Positions 1-14,440 of a stretch of DNA of 64,000 nucleotides are shown here, one piece after another (positions within the stretch are counted from its first letter, which is position 1; each line of letters begins with the position of its first letter). A program made the position numbers and the translations under genes. The notes beneath the pieces were generated by a model. That model saw nothing but the letters and a program-made list of their open reading frames with translations, was not told where the DNA came from and made no database searches. The DNA is from Amoebidium appalachense (Eukaryota > Protista > Ichthyosporea), in NCBI GenBank assembly GCA_963693365.1, contig CAVNZM010000008.1:10255172-10319171 (forward strand). The letters are read 5' to 3'.

Positions 1-95
1 CTCAACCCCCCCCCCCCCCCCCCCTCCCTCCACCTCTCCCGCCCCCAACACACACACACACACATACACACTCGCGTGCACACGGGATGGGGCGC

Positions 96-291
<196 letters not shown>

Positions 292-1039
292 TGTACACAA
301 CACGAAGACACACACGAAATATATAGAGAGAGAAGGAGAGTTGGCCGCCCTCTGCGGTCTTTACACAACTCCCTTCAGTCCCTTGATTTATTCTCGAGGA
401 GTCGTCATTTTTATACTCCGAGATTGCGTGCTGATAACTGGAATGTATACGTTAATCCAATCAAATGAACGAAAATAATGAGGGCAAATAAATCTAAATA
501 CCTGTTAGCGCATAGACGATAAAACGCGATCTTCTAACCGAAGCATGGAAACATTTAATGAAGCTAAATAAATGAAACAATTTATATTTATATTAGTTTA
601 CATCATATATCTATACATGTTTCTAACATAAGCACGTCTAAATATAGGTATTCCTAATAGCTAGGACACACGGGACAAAACTACTTCGTGGGAGAGGAAG
701 GGAATGGAATGAGGATAGAAACGAATGGAATGAGAAAAGAACCGAATGGAATACAGGAGGAATGTACGTTTCTATATTTGGGGAATTTGAACAAGATCTG
801 ATTGGACACGTACGCACCATGCAAATTTAGTATTGGAGAGGGGTAAAATGACGCAAACAACATATCGCGTACGTAGGCCAGGTGGCTCGGCGTGTGTACA
901 CATGTACATCGGATCAAACGATATCTGTGCACATGGAAAGAACACGGAAAGGAAAGGAAAGGAACAACAACAAACTAAATAAACATAATTATAACTCAAC
1001 TTCTAATTCTTATTGCAGCTGACGTGTTGACGTAAGCTG

Positions 1040-1074
<35 letters not shown>

Positions 1075-1795
1075 CCCATCTCCACCCCCACCCCCCCGCA
1101 CACCCCCACCCCCCCACACACCCCCACACACACCGCTGCCGTTCCCCTTCCCCTAATGTATCTCTCCCAGGAAGACGCCATACCTACTATTAGGCTTTCA
1201 AAATGGAACAATTATTTATATTAATATCGGAGCCACCCAATGATATAAAAATCACATGGTGTCCAATGGATACATTTCTTGTTACTTTAATTTGCGGGCT
1301 ATGTAACAGCAGGCATACCACAGGTGAAATTACATAAGGTGGGAGTTTCAGTGTTGCACACATGGAAAATTTAAGTTTTGGGGTGATCTTAGTATGATGT
1401 TCTTACTAATAGATATCCGTGCCTAAGTTTTTTTTTTGTAATACGGAAGGATTTGAATGACATTGGCCATTGAATGTCATAGCAAATATCACAACCGATT
1501 CACAGATTTTGCAGTGTGTTAATTACAGATAGCCTAGCTGAATGACCAAAGAAGCCTTGGGGACTCTCTAAATGCAAGAACACGCACTTAGTAATAATAT
1601 ACATACACATGCAGGTGATATGGTTTAAAGAAACATACACACCTGGTTACGACATTTTCGAGACAATTAAGATCGTACAAATCTGTATTCGCCTATCAAC
1701 TATCACCTCTAAGCGTCTAAGTGTCGGGCACGCAGGGCTCTAATTGGACAGTGCATAGGAGTGCATCATTTCAGAGTGTTCATGTGTGTGTTCGT

Positions 1796-1839
<44 letters not shown>

Positions 1840-1871
1840 GCGTGTGTCTGTGTCTGTGTGTGTGTGTGTGT

Positions 1872-1980
<109 letters not shown>

Positions 1981-1986
1981 ACGCGC

Positions 1987-2033
<47 letters not shown>

Positions 2034-2316
2034 GGCTACGTCAGTCCTTTCTGCTCCCACTCCACCGTCATGGGCGTATCTCTCTTTTCCCTCCACATAC
2101 CCACCTTCCCCACGTCTCTCTCTCTCAAGACTGCAGCAAGATAATTCACCACTAACCCAGCAATTGTCTGTCGTGTTTTTTGGTATTGTTTTTCCGCTCT
2201 TACACAGCCAACTTGCTTTTTTTGCTGCGGGTGGATCGAGCATCTCTGCGTGTCCTGCCCCCGGTAGAACTGTGTGCCTGTGTGTGTACGTGTGTGTGTG
2301 TGTGTGTAAGTGTGTT

Positions 2317-2418
<102 letters not shown>

Positions 2419-2729
2419 CGCGCGTGTATCACCTGTGTGCACATGTACGTATCACAGTGTACATACGTATCACAGTGTACATACGTGTTAATATGATACA
2501 GCATATGCTAATAAAAATCAAGCGGCATGAAACATGTACATTGTAGTATATAATATTGTTTTGCAGAGGGGAAATGATCTCTTTTTTTTCCGTGGGGGTG
2601 GTGGTCGTGGTGGTGGTGGCGGTGGTGGTGGTGGTGGTGGGGGGGGGGGGGGGGGGAGGGATGCAGGGAGAAGAACAGACCCTCGGCCGAGAAGGCGGAT
2701 GGGAGCGGGCGTGTTGGGTGTGGATGAAA

Positions 2730-2831
2730 TGCATATTAAAAATGAGTTACCCAATCATAATGGACAACACAATGTAGAGTGCAAACCACACATAAAGAGC
2801 ATGCATAACAAGGAGAGCCCATTCTCAAGAA

Positions 2832-2832
<1 letters not shown>
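2730..2832 (-). repeat. Dispersed ~150-bp intronic element, partial copy F
   Basis: Reverse complement ATGGGCTCT..TATGCATGCTCTTTATGTGTGGTTTGCACTCT aligns with the copies at 43421 and 4946; the GAAAC half is replaced by a C tract. Confidence 0.75.
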
Positions 2833-2867
<35 letters not shown>

Positions 2868-3105
2868 CTTTGGTTCACACACACATGCACACAAACAAAC
2901 AACCACCTTCTACCACCCTCTCCATCTCCCCCACAATCCATTCGCATACACCCACCCACCCACATCCACACCCACAACCGTTTTGACATGTACTCTAGCA
3001 CACGCACCCCCACTTCCCTCCCCACACACACCCACGACCCCCATATCCCCCTCTCACCCTCACCCGCTCCCACCCTGGCCCCACCCATTCACCTACACAC
3101 CTCCC

Positions 3106-3136
<31 letters not shown>

Positions 3137-3848
3137 AAAAAAAAAAAGAAAAAAACACAGACACACATACCAAGTAGGGCCGGTACTTGCGTTATGGAAC
3201 TGCTTATGGTTGAACCCCTCAGGATTCGAACTCATCCAGCTGGTAGCGCCAAGCTGGCAGCCAATAATAAGCGACGGTAGGTTTATTCCGAGCGGTTGAT
3301 TGGTCATTCGTGTTTCTTTTTTTGGTGGGAAACCGTTTGCGTCGACTGGATCTATCCCGCACACGGCTGAGATTTCTGAGAGGTCTTTTTAAGCTACCAT
3401 AAAAGAGATTTTGCCTCCTGCAAAAAGTGGGTGTTGGTAAATTATTGGTCATTGTGTTGTTATGCTCACAGTCACACACAGCTATGATATCCCCCCCCCC
3501 CCCCCTCTTTCCCGCCCTCCCCGCACCCAAACACCTCCTTCCCTTCTCTCTCACTCTCTCCTACCCCCCCCCCCCCCCCCCCCCCACCCCCACCCTTTCC
3601 CCCCACTTTTCGAGGTGTCTGCTGCACCCACACACAGGCAGGGAGTGGGTGAATGGTTGAGTTAGTAGGCAGATGTGTGTGTGTGTGGGGGGAGGGGGGG
3701 GGGGGAGGGGGGGGGGGGGAGGGGGGGAGGGGGGGGGGGGGAGGGGGGGGGGGGGGAGAGGGACAGGGGGGGGGGGGGGGGGGGGCGGCGGGGCGGAGGG
3801 AGGGAAATGGGGGAGGATTGTGTGCGTGGGTGCGTGGGTGCATGTGTG

Positions 3849-3908
<60 letters not shown>

Positions 3909-3919
3909 TGTGTCACGAG

Positions 3920-4060
<141 letters not shown>

Positions 4061-4062
4061 AC

Positions 4063-4115
<53 letters not shown>

Positions 4116-4517
4116 GGAGGGGAAGGGAGGGAGGGTTGTGTGTATGTGTGTGTTTGTGCGTGTGTGTGCAAAATCATATCACTCAGTATTTATTTTTGTC
4201 ACGACTTCGTTGAAAACACTCTAAACTATATATACAATAATATATTTTTTATTACAAAAAAATCCTCCTCGAAATAGTCAGGCCATTTAATCCCGGATTA
4301 CTCAGAGTCTGTGCCCGCTGATCCCCTTAGGGCATACGACCCCAGAAATGTGCAATCCGTTTAAAAAAAAATATAGGGTCCCTCCCCAGGCCCATCTCCC
4401 CCCCCCCCCCCCCCCCCCCCCCCGCCCACCCCCCTCCCCTACACACACACACGTACACACACACGCACGCGCGCGCACACACACACGCACACACACGCAC
4501 GCACACACGCACGCACG

Positions 4518-4588
<71 letters not shown>

Positions 4589-4683
4589 AAACACACACAC
4601 ACACAGACACACACACACACACCAACAAGGGCATACGACCGCAGCAATGCACAATCCGTTGTTCAAAGAAAATAAAAAGGTCA

Positions 4684-4718
<35 letters not shown>

Positions 4719-4910
4719 TACACACACAAACACACAAGAAAAAAAAAAAAAAAAAAAAAAGGAAGCAAGCAAGAAAGAAAAAGAAAATGCCGGAACACGC
4801 GCACATACACAGACACAAACACACCGAATGCATAAATGTTTACATGGAGCACCGAAAAACAACCAAAGCATAGGGCAGAAAACGGTGGTGGCAACGGGAG
4901 GGGGCGTGAA

Positions 4911-4945
<35 letters not shown>

Positions 4946-4948
<3 letters not shown>

Positions 4949-5100
4949 TAAAGTACGAAGTACACATTCACAACGGTCGTCAACACAATGCAAGTGCAAA
5001 CCACGCACAAAAAGTATAAATGCATAATAAGCAGAGCCCATCCTCAGGTGAAGGGGCACGTCATCGACAGTACCCGAGTTTCGGCCCATTCACCTCGTCG
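4946..5100 (-). repeat. Dispersed intronic element, copy A (hammerhead-like boxes)
   Basis: Reverse complement: GGGCC-GAAACTCGGGTA-CTGTCGATGACGTGCCCCTTCAC-CTGAGGA-TGGGCTCTGC...TGTACTTCGTAC. Confidence 0.85.
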
Positions 5101-5128
5101 GCAAAACCCAGCTCAAATACTTTTTTTT

Positions 5129-5186
<58 letters not shown>

Positions 5187-5481
5187 GTAGAGTAAAATAC
5201 GTCCCCTATTATGCAATGGAAAACAGAAGAAGCCTGAGCCTACCAGAATCTTCGGTATGTAGAGTGCGGCTGGGGATGGGCAGTCGGCACGACTTTGGAC
5301 CTCCACATCAAATGCCCCGTTTCCAAATATGGCACCTGCCATCTTTGGCATCTGTATGGGCACATCGGGGTGCTTAGATCCATGCAGCCGATGTCTTTGC
5401 GATCCTTATGATTATGAGGATCTAATTTCATATTTTGATCTGGATGATTGACCAATATGAAATAAGGTTGTGTATATGAGT

Positions 5482-5581
<100 letters not shown>

Positions 5582-5988
5582 ATGTCACATACGGTATATA
5601 TATACATATTGACATTCTGTATGTATGTATATATACATACATGGACACATACACACGCACGCACACATGTGAATTGATGCACACACGCACGCACAGGCAC
5701 GCACACGCGTGCATGCGCGCACGCACGCACGCACAAACCACCACAGGCACATTTGTATTATGTATAGTATGTTAGCCTTTATAAATATAAAAATAAATAT
5801 GCACTTCGCTCATCATAGCGAACCGGTTGAGCATGCTCCTAACTTGTAGCCTTGTCACACTGGAGGGGGGGGGGGGGGGGGGGGGGAGGGGGGGAGGGGG
5901 AGGAGGAGGATATGGGGCATCTCCTAAGAACAAAAATTTGAAGGAGGGGAGGAGAGGGCCGGGAGGAAGGGGGGAGGGGGGGCTGTGT

Positions 5989-6153
<165 letters not shown>

Positions 6154-7659
6154 CGAGAAAGAGAGAGAGATGGGCCCGTAGAGTGGGGGAGGGGGGGGGG
6201 GGGGGGGGGGGGGGTGAGACAGATAGTCCGAGTCAAAAGAGGAAGATGGGAAGGGGTGGGGGCGGCTGGGGGGGGGGGGGGGGGGGGGGGGGGTGATAGC
6301 AAGCGAGAGCGAAAGAGAAAGAAGGAGCCTCAGAGAAGAAGTCTGGGGCTGGGGGGGGGAGGGGGGAGGGGGGGAGGGGGAGGGGAGGAGAGGGGATGCC
6401 TGGGGAGGGAGGGAGGGACTCGGAGGAAGGGGGCGGAGGGACTCCGGTAGCGGGGCAAGGGACGGAGGGAGCAGGGGGAGCCTCTGGGAATTAAAGGGAG
6501 AGAGAGAGAGAAAGGGAGCCTCCCAAAGTGAACCAATAAGGTGTAGAGACCTACCGTCTGACTCTCTTTCACAAAGGTCCGCTCAATGTCAGCTCATTAC
6601 AAGTTGGTTTTCAAGCCTCAGGCTGTACACCAACCACCCACAAACATGTTATAACATCGAAATGTCACATAATGTCCAACAGCAATTCCTGTCTCACGAG
6701 CTTAAAGGTGGTTTCTTTTAGGCCCTTTAATTGTCCCCATTCCAGCACATCCGGGTCAAGCCATTTATTCAGCATATAAATCATGATATGAACTGCAGTC
6801 TTATTCCAAAGCTTTATTATTATTATTCCATTCTTAATTTCTTCTTTTTCTCTTTTCTTTTTTTCTTTTTTCTTGTATTATGGCGCATCTGTACCTTGCT
6901 TCCGGCCAAATGATGGTGCGCAAATGATGCGCAGCACACCAATCATAAAGCTAGAATCGCCTCTGACCCGACCCGGCCCGAAAAGCTAAAAGAAACCCCT
7001 TTAATAGTGTTGAGTGTCGGGTGTGTTGCAGTGCAGTGGGGTGTGCTGTGGGGCATCATCATGAGCTTCAGTTTAATTTTGCCATGTCTTTTTCCGTGCT
7101 GACATGGGCACGGTGCCTGTGCCCCAGGCCACGATATGCCTATGCAAGTATCCGATTTTAGTATGCATATGCACCCATTAACGGTTCCGGGCCTAGCTTT
7201 CATGATTCCTTCACTCCCATGCACACGTACCTAATACTATGTAATACACCCACATACCGTCACCAAATGCCGAACGGTTTTGAAGCCACACAACAGAAAG
7301 GTTAGGGAGAACACACGGAAACAAGTTGGGTCAGCGGATGGCATCCTCGAATCATCGCCCGGGCTGGAACCAAGTTGAGCCACACAAACGCTTCCACTGA
7401 TGTGAGGCGGCTCATGCGGTACATGTCTGAGACCGTATCTCCTTTCGAGGTAGTCATGCTCCCTGCTATATAGGGGCAGTTACAGTCACTAATAACTGAA
7501 CAGTTAGCTTAACTTATATTATTAGTGTATCCTATGGATTTTAATTTATTTGGAAGCTTAAGCCTTGTCTCTGCCTGCTTGCAACAGCTGGGGACTCCTG
7601 TAGCCTCTCAGCTGAATTCGGTCTCCCCAGAACTGGTGAGTCATGCAACTGTTGGTTGA

Positions 7660-9980
7660 CCAATCAGGACAAAGGCTCGCATCATTACGGATAGCCAATA
7701 GGAGGAACCCAAACAGAGAGTCTACGTTCAGACTGCCCCAGTGAGTGACCCTGTATGACCGGAGAACAGACTTTTGTTACCTGGTTCAATATAATAGGCG
7801 CCGTATGATTATTTCAGCCAGCATATGGTTTTTCATCATGTAGGCGTCTTTGTGCAATCTTTCAAATTTCTTGTAGGATGATCATACAATGGCGACGCTG
7901 TGCAACTGCCATTTTCGGTGCAGTGCACGTGGCCCCAATGGTGACCTGCTGACGCCGTACGTGGCATGCCATCATGCGGCATGTCATGCATATGATGCAT
8001 GCGAATGCAGCAAAGTTTTGTACGAAATGGTCCAGGTGCTTCACAAAGTGCATCCAACGGCGCGCGTGCTGTACACTTGTAATATACTGTAGTTGAGAAT
8101 ACCAAATGTGCTTTTTCGACAGGCTTGATCTTCACTCTTCACATCATCATGCCCCATGCCTGCATGCCAGTCGACATCGATCGTTAGATCAAGATGATTT
8201 GCACGTGACAACTGCAGGTGTCACCGACTCACCTTACACCGCCGGGCATCGGGGCCATGCACCTGTTATCAGCACGGCCGACCATTGCATGCGTGAGTCA
8301 GTGACATTACATTACAAACCATAAGGGTTTCGTGACTATATATTGACCGAGGCGGCCCGGCCCTTCAAGTTGCTGTACACGTATGTAATACATATGTATG
8401 CATTCACCGCGGCCGTGGCATTATTGCGGTTTGCACAGCTACACACAGAAATGGCTCAATCATTGTAATTTGTCCTGTTTATGGGGTTCAGAGGAAGACC
8501 ACGGTAATATATATTTTATAAATCCACACGCTAATTAGAGCTGGAGTGTGTTTGGTGAATTCGCCATGACCACAGGCAGCCGGCTGTGAGACCGTCTCCC
8601 CGGAAGACCAAAAGACCCCAGACCACCGGATCACGGCCTCGCCGAAAAGTTATGCATAGGACCCACATATACTGCAAACACTTACTACATCATTTAAACT
8701 ACGAAGTTCCTGTTATACCAAATGCGCTGCACACATATGAACTGTTATCTTCATCTCATGAACAAGTGAACTATCCTTTCCGAAGCTCCCGTCGGAATTC
8801 CAAATTGCCAATTTCGTTGTTAGCGTAGCCGTAGACGGTATGGGATACAGTTTTATTCTATTGTATGCTGAGGACGCAGAAAGAGGGTCTCCGCCTCAGG
8901 AGCAACTGTCAAATGGCGATTATATATAGAACTTGTGGGCTCCTCCGGCGTAGAAAAATATACCGCCAATATGAAGTATCCCTTGTGATGGAAGCTCGCC
9001 ATACTAGCCATTTTTGATGTCCACCACGATGGGCATGTGCACGTGCTTGCGAGAGTGAACCACCAATCAGCGACTGTTCTCTTGCCGTCATTCCTTCCAG
9101 ATGATACCCCGAAGTGCACCAATCAGCGAATGAGACATTCAATGCCAGCGCGTTCCCCTATTGGCCATTCAAACACCTTTGCTTGAAAGAATTGTGGAAA
9201 GTATGTCAGCACAACTTGCTGGTGAATTGTTTCAAACCTTGCGAGACATTAACATAGTGTAAGGGGGTTATATGTGCTAGTTACTGAGTTATATGGTTTA
9301 TTCTAAGCATTGGTATATCTTATATCATTCTTAAAGAAATACTTGGCGTGACACGTCCACTATAGGCATTGTTCCTGGACATACACGAGCCAATAGGGTG
9401 GCTGTCTTCCTAAACTAATCTGTCTCTTGAAGGGTCCGAATTTGCATCAAAGTTTATCAGCAGTTTGCCAAGGCCTTGGTGTGCGTATTATAATAGTGCG
9501 CACTGGTGTTGCAATACTTTTATACCAAAATTGAGGATATCAGTGATTGCATATAGAGTTAATGTCTGAAGTTTTATACCACTTCAAAGCTCTTAGTTCC
9601 AGACAGACATACATACATATATAAGTACTAATTATAAGTTTACTTAGTGTCAGTCGACGTCATAGTATAGAATTGAATACGTTTTCTACAATTGCAAGCA
9701 CTGCAGCTGGCACGCGGCATGTACGACGTTTGAAACATATTTGTGACATCAACATTGATATGTAATAATGGAGTATGCTAATATTATGCATCACTCTTTA
9801 ACACATAACTGCCCGAGACAGCCCTTTTACTCTTGAGATAGCCGCGGCGCGCAGAAAACCCTGCTTTGAAATTTTTTTCATCTTTAAAGCTTGCCCATAA
9901 AGTCATTATATAAAAAAAAGTTCAGACTGTGCCCATATTTTCCGTGAAATTCTATATGGTGAGGTGTTCGCCAATAGGAA
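7660..9980. promoter_or_regulatory. CCAAT-box-rich, microsatellite-free region upstream of the 853-aa ORF
   Basis: CCAAT(C/A)R at 7660, 7695, 9063, 9119, 9390, 9971 and reverse ATTGG at 9160; GC-rich stretch followed by TTTGAA near 9841-9870. Confidence 0.5.
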
Positions 9981-10357
9981 ACACCGGTGGCAGCCCCCTA
10001 GATCGCGCCATTCTAGACAACATCAATCCCAAACCGCTTGCATCCTGCTATCACTTCTCACTCCTCCGTCTTGTTCGACCAAACACAATTCTACTCAAGT
10101 AGCCAAGAACACGAAATCGCGTGCACGTGTGTGAGGACCCTTTATTCCTGTCGTATAACTGTTAGCTGTTTATGAATATGGGCATATACACATATGGGTA
10201 CTGAGCGTGTCGAATAGGAGCTCCCACCTTTGTTTTGTGGGTAGCTTAGCTTGTCGAACTTCTAAGGCCTTTTCTGTATATACGTGCTCTCTTGCTCGAG
10301 CCAGTTCCTAAGTTTATGTTTACGTCTTCTCAGTGTAGCTAGTCAGAAACCACCACC

Positions 10358-12919
10358 ATGAATTTAGAAGGAGACAGCGTGTGTCCTGTGTGCCGCACGT
10401 GGCAACCATTCGGAGCGCAAACATACATGTTGATCGACCACATAGAGAACTGCAGCAAGCTCCCCACCCGCAGAAATAAGTGGCTTTTCGCTGTAGATGT
10501 ATCGCATGTTCGCGCAGAGGAGCAGCTAGATGCCGCGATAGTTGACGGGAGAAAGAGCAGTAGCACGAAGGTTCGAGGCCTGTCACGCCGCACGGTGAAG
10601 CTCGACCCCTTTATTTGGTGCAAAGTTAGCAGCCAACCACCGGCACTTATTGAAGACCCCGACCACCTTAAGTCCCTTCTGTTCAATTACGTAAGCAACG
10701 CCGGTATTTTCGTGTACGATGTCTCTCTCTTGCGGCGGGAATGGCTCATCAAAACGGGCACCAAGTACCGCTGCCCCAACGGGCGTCTCATCAACGGAAA
10801 CCGCATATCCACAACCCCGAAATCTACGTTTTCGGAGGCGCACTGGAGGGAGGCTTTGAGGATGGACCAGAGCAAAAAGGGGTTCGAGATTGAGGACGAC
10901 GTGAAGGAGCTTCTAGGTGAGTTGCGTGCACGCTCTTTAGGCGGCGGGAAGTCGAGTGCGTACGGCGGTGTTGTGTGCTTGGAACATTGCCTGTTCTGCG
11001 GGCGGTCGGTGGGGAATTCCGTCGATGATTTGGTGCATGTTTTCGCACACTTCAAGGAGGCGCTGCGGTTCCCCGCGCAGCATCCTCGCTGGTTGATACC
11101 GTGCGAGCAGGTGTCTCAAAATGACACGTTTGTTGGCCAGGCGTACCAATACCCAACCACACACTTTTTCCGCAACCCCCTGGACCCCAACTCGAATGTG
11201 TATTTTCGGGACCTGGACTACCTCGGCTACTTCCTGTGCATGCTCTACGGCACCATCACCGACAGCGGCCTCTCCCTCACCAAGAAGGACCGGCTGTATC
11301 TGATGTTCGTCGACGATGGGGTTCGGCAGTTCATCTACAACAACGGCCGCGACGCCTTCTCCAATCTCGCCCGGCACGAGCCCAAACTTATGGCGGACCT
11401 GCAAAAACTCTACCCAGAGTTCACCGAGGATAACTTCCCCATCAACACCCACAGCAACATCCAGCCGGACCTTCCCCCCAACGAACAACGAAAACCGTCG
11501 CTTGCAAACTCTATCGCCTCCGCATCCACCGGGTTGAATGGGCAGGTGGGGGGTTCCAACACCAACACACGAGATAGCGACGCAGACAGCTGGGAGCCCC
11601 TCTCCCCACGGCTACAGGGGGCCATAGAGGACACCGTGCTTGATGTTCAGGGCCAGGTCAACAGGGTCACCATGCAGGCCTTGCTGCGTCTCCTTTCACG
11701 CACCATCACCCCACAAGAGGTCGCCATGGTTGTGCACCGGCAGGAGACGAGAAACGCTGAGGTTCGGGCCTGGCTGCTAAACCGGCTGGACCAGATTAAG
11801 GGGCAGATGGAACGCGCTGCTCCAGCAAACAACAACGCTGGTTGGTTCCACGACGCCAAGCAACAGCAGCCAGCTCAGCACGACGGGCATTTCCGGCCGG
11901 GCGCCAACGGCCAGGGGGGCCTGCACGCAGTGCAGGGGTACGAAAACGGGGGTCTTTTGGGGGGGTTCCATGATCACGGGAAGTTGGACTTTGGCGCCGT
12001 GGCCGAGGTCGAGGCCCTCATGGAGGCCAACATGGGTTTTGGGATGGCCGTGGACAGGCAAGCGCAACAGCCGGAGTCCAACCAGGCCCAGCAGCCGTTT
12101 TTCGGCAACGTGCAACAGCAGCAGCACTCGTTCCGCCAACATGAAAATCACCGCGGGGGAATCATGCGCTCATTCAGCGACGGCACGGGGGGCCAGCGAT
12201 TCCCCGACAGCCACATCCAGCGTGATTTTACGGCGTCGAAATTCAGCGGAAGTAACGCGGCGCTAGACGGCGGCGCCATGTCCTTCCTCCACGACCGCGT
12301 CAACGTGTCGGACACGCTTTCGCTGGCCCAGATGGGCCAGACGGACTTCAGCGATTCTGGAACTGCGGGTAAGGGTTTGGTGAGTACGGCGCCCGTGGAC
12401 CGCTCACCGTCGAATGCGTCTCCCACCAGCGGCTCGCGGTACCTTTCGTCAGTTTTGCGTAACGGCAGCAGTGGGCTGAGGCAGGATGGGGCCACCGGCC
12501 TGCCCAAATCCACACAGCGCATGCAGCAGACCCTACCCTACGCCAATCCCAATCGGTTTTCGACGGGTAATGCTGGGGGTTACCAGATGGATTCGCAGTC
12601 GGCCCAGCAGCAGGCGGTGCGTCTTTCCCCACAGTCGGAGTTGGCCCAACTCCAGGCGAGACATGCGTCGGATTTCTCCCGGGACCCCATGGGTAGGAAC
12701 ATGGCGGGATCGCTACTGCAAGGGAACGTGCCGTTGCAATCGCCCGCGTCTCTGCCACAGTCTCCCCCTGACTGTTTTGGGGTGTATGTTGGGCAGGCAG
12801 CGGCGGCACCGTATATGATTTCTGGGCTTTTGCATGGGAGCACGAAGATGCCCCATCACTTGAAGACGGAGGGGGACCCAAGATTTCAGGCTGCTGTCGA
12901 GGCTATGAGGCAGCTGTAG
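10358..12919 (+). CDS. Intronless 853-aa protein, two zinc-finger-like motifs and Q/G/S-rich C-terminus (putative transcription regulator)
   Basis: Long, non-repetitive, GC3-rich ORF with CACCACCATG start context; C-x2-C-x15-H-x3-C (10382-10453) and C-x2-C-x12-H-x3-H (10988-11050). Function is inferred; family not recognised. Confidence 0.85.
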   Translation: MNLEGDSVCPVCRTWQPFGAQTYMLIDHIENCSKLPTRRNKWLFAVDVSHVRAEEQLDAAIVDGRKSSSTKVRGLSRRTVKLDPFIWCKVSSQPPALIEDPDHLKSLLFNYVSNAGIFVYDVSLLRREWLIKTGTKYRCPNGRLINGNRISTTPKSTFSEAHWREALRMDQSKKGFEIEDDVKELLGELRARSLGGGKSSAYGGVVCLEHCLFCGRSVGNSVDDLVHVFAHFKEALRFPAQHPRWLIPCEQVSQNDTFVGQAYQYPTTHFFRNPLDPNSNVYFRDLDYLGYFLCMLYGTITDSGLSLTKKDRLYLMFVDDGVRQFIYNNGRDAFSNLARHEPKLMADLQKLYPEFTEDNFPINTHSNIQPDLPPNEQRKPSLANSIASASTGLNGQVGGSNTNTRDSDADSWEPLSPRLQGAIEDTVLDVQGQVNRVTMQALLRLLSRTITPQEVAMVVHRQETRNAEVRAWLLNRLDQIKGQMERAAPANNNAGWFHDAKQQQPAQHDGHFRPGANGQGGLHAVQGYENGGLLGGFHDHGKLDFGAVAEVEALMEANMGFGMAVDRQAQQPESNQAQQPFFGNVQQQQHSFRQHENHRGGIMRSFSDGTGGQRFPDSHIQRDFTASKFSGSNAALDGGAMSFLHDRVNVSDTLSLAQMGQTDFSDSGTAGKGLVSTAPVDRSPSNASPTSGSRYLSSVLRNGSSGLRQDGATGLPKSTQRMQQTLPYANPNRFSTGNAGGYQMDSQSAQQQAVRLSPQSELAQLQARHASDFSRDPMGRNMAGSLLQGNVPLQSPASLPQSPPDCFGVYVGQAAAAPYMISGLLHGSTKMPHHLKTEGDPRFQAAVEAMRQL

Positions 12920-13841
12920 GTTTGGGGGGAAACGAAAGAAAGAGAAGATGCATGTAGGTGTACGCGAAACACACAGACAGCGAAGTAGATAAATGTGCGG
13001 GCATGCGTATTCGAACGGCCGCGAACTGATTGTTGAGTAGATAGATACGAACGTAGATATAATGTGGGTGTAGAAAATGTGATTTGGGCTTTTTATATTC
13101 TAGTTGCCGTGAATTTTGGCTCCTCTTTCCCCGTAATTGTTTTCGAAATCGTTTTGCAAGGCTCGGTATGTAGGCTGATTGTTGTAGATAGCAGGTTTTT
13201 TGTTTTTTTTTTCGTTTTTGTTTTTCTTTCCTTTTTTAGTCTCAAGGTTGACGGAGAGCCTTGTATTTAATTTATACACGAGAAATGGAGCCTCTGTCTA
13301 AATGTCTGAATGAATACTCCTTTTGTAGCATCTGTGTTCCTCGTACCACGTCATGGTTTAAGACGTGTATATAACGTAAATAGTCTGGTCCTGTATATCC
13401 TGACGTGTGTTTACGAAAGATAGTCACGAGATAGTTTTGAGCATGTGATAGACTTGTGATGTATGAACTCGGTCTCTGGAAGAAGACCGAGTGGCCTTTT
13501 GTTTATAACCGTCCGTTTTGATTTAGCCCGGACTGGGTCCGGGGCCTGTAATAGCGTAAATGCACAGAGTTGAGCGAACACGTGCCTGATATATAACCCC
13601 CCCTTCCCCCTCCCCCCTCCCCTACACACACACACACCCTTTTCCCCGAAGGTCCAACACACGAATATTAGCACCACACTCAAGCCCCATTGCAAATACT
13701 TGCCGCTGGTGTTATGCAAGTACATGCATGAGGCACTTCCACGAAACATGACGGGGTCGGCACACACATGGCAATGTGCACATCTATAACTGTTACATCA
13801 TCCGGATTGCGATTACTGCCGGACATACACACAAACGCACG

Positions 13842-13891
<50 letters not shown>

Positions 13892-14408
13892 CACGTGCGC
13901 GCGCACACACACACATACACACACACACACACACACACGCGCGCGCGCACATGCACACGCACACGCACACACACACCGTGAAGCACAAAAGGCAATGGCA
14001 ACACTTTATTTCTCCCTATATATGTCCGACTTTTTAATGATAACTGGGTCACCTGGATATATCTTCATACTTATGCAGGGGCCCCCCGCGCATTGCTACA
14101 CCTCGATATTATTACATTCACGCATTATACGCTGCCCCGACCGGCACGAAGATAATGGGAACTCCTAGAGCTCGAGTTCCGCCTATATCTACAATCTAAA
14201 CATACTATATTGCAACACCGTATATGGTAATCTAAAAGTGTCGTGTTCTCGTAAAAATACATCACGTGTATTAAATTTAATACACATACTATTAGAGGCT
14301 GATCCAAGGTGTATGAATAAGGGGGGGGCTACTGTGGCCCTGTTTCCTTCTCAGAGTTTGGCCTGGTGCTGGCATCTGATCACAGCCTCCCATATAGTAT
14401 CACCCGCA

Positions 14409-14440
<32 letters not shown>

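Noticed and set aside
3389-3391. TAA reassignment or readthrough in the chlorophyllase-like gene
   Set aside because: Other lesions co-occur, the kinase ends in TAA, and the intact genes have no in-frame stops; pseudogenisation is simpler.
7900-8300. Dense CATG/TGCA palindromes as p53-like sites
   Set aside because: Short motifs with no clean paired decamers; not distinguishable from composition bias by eye.
10320-12881. Antisense and overlapping ORFs within the 853-aa gene (and similarly within the kinase)
   Set aside because: Shadow frames of GC-rich coding sequence with no motifs.
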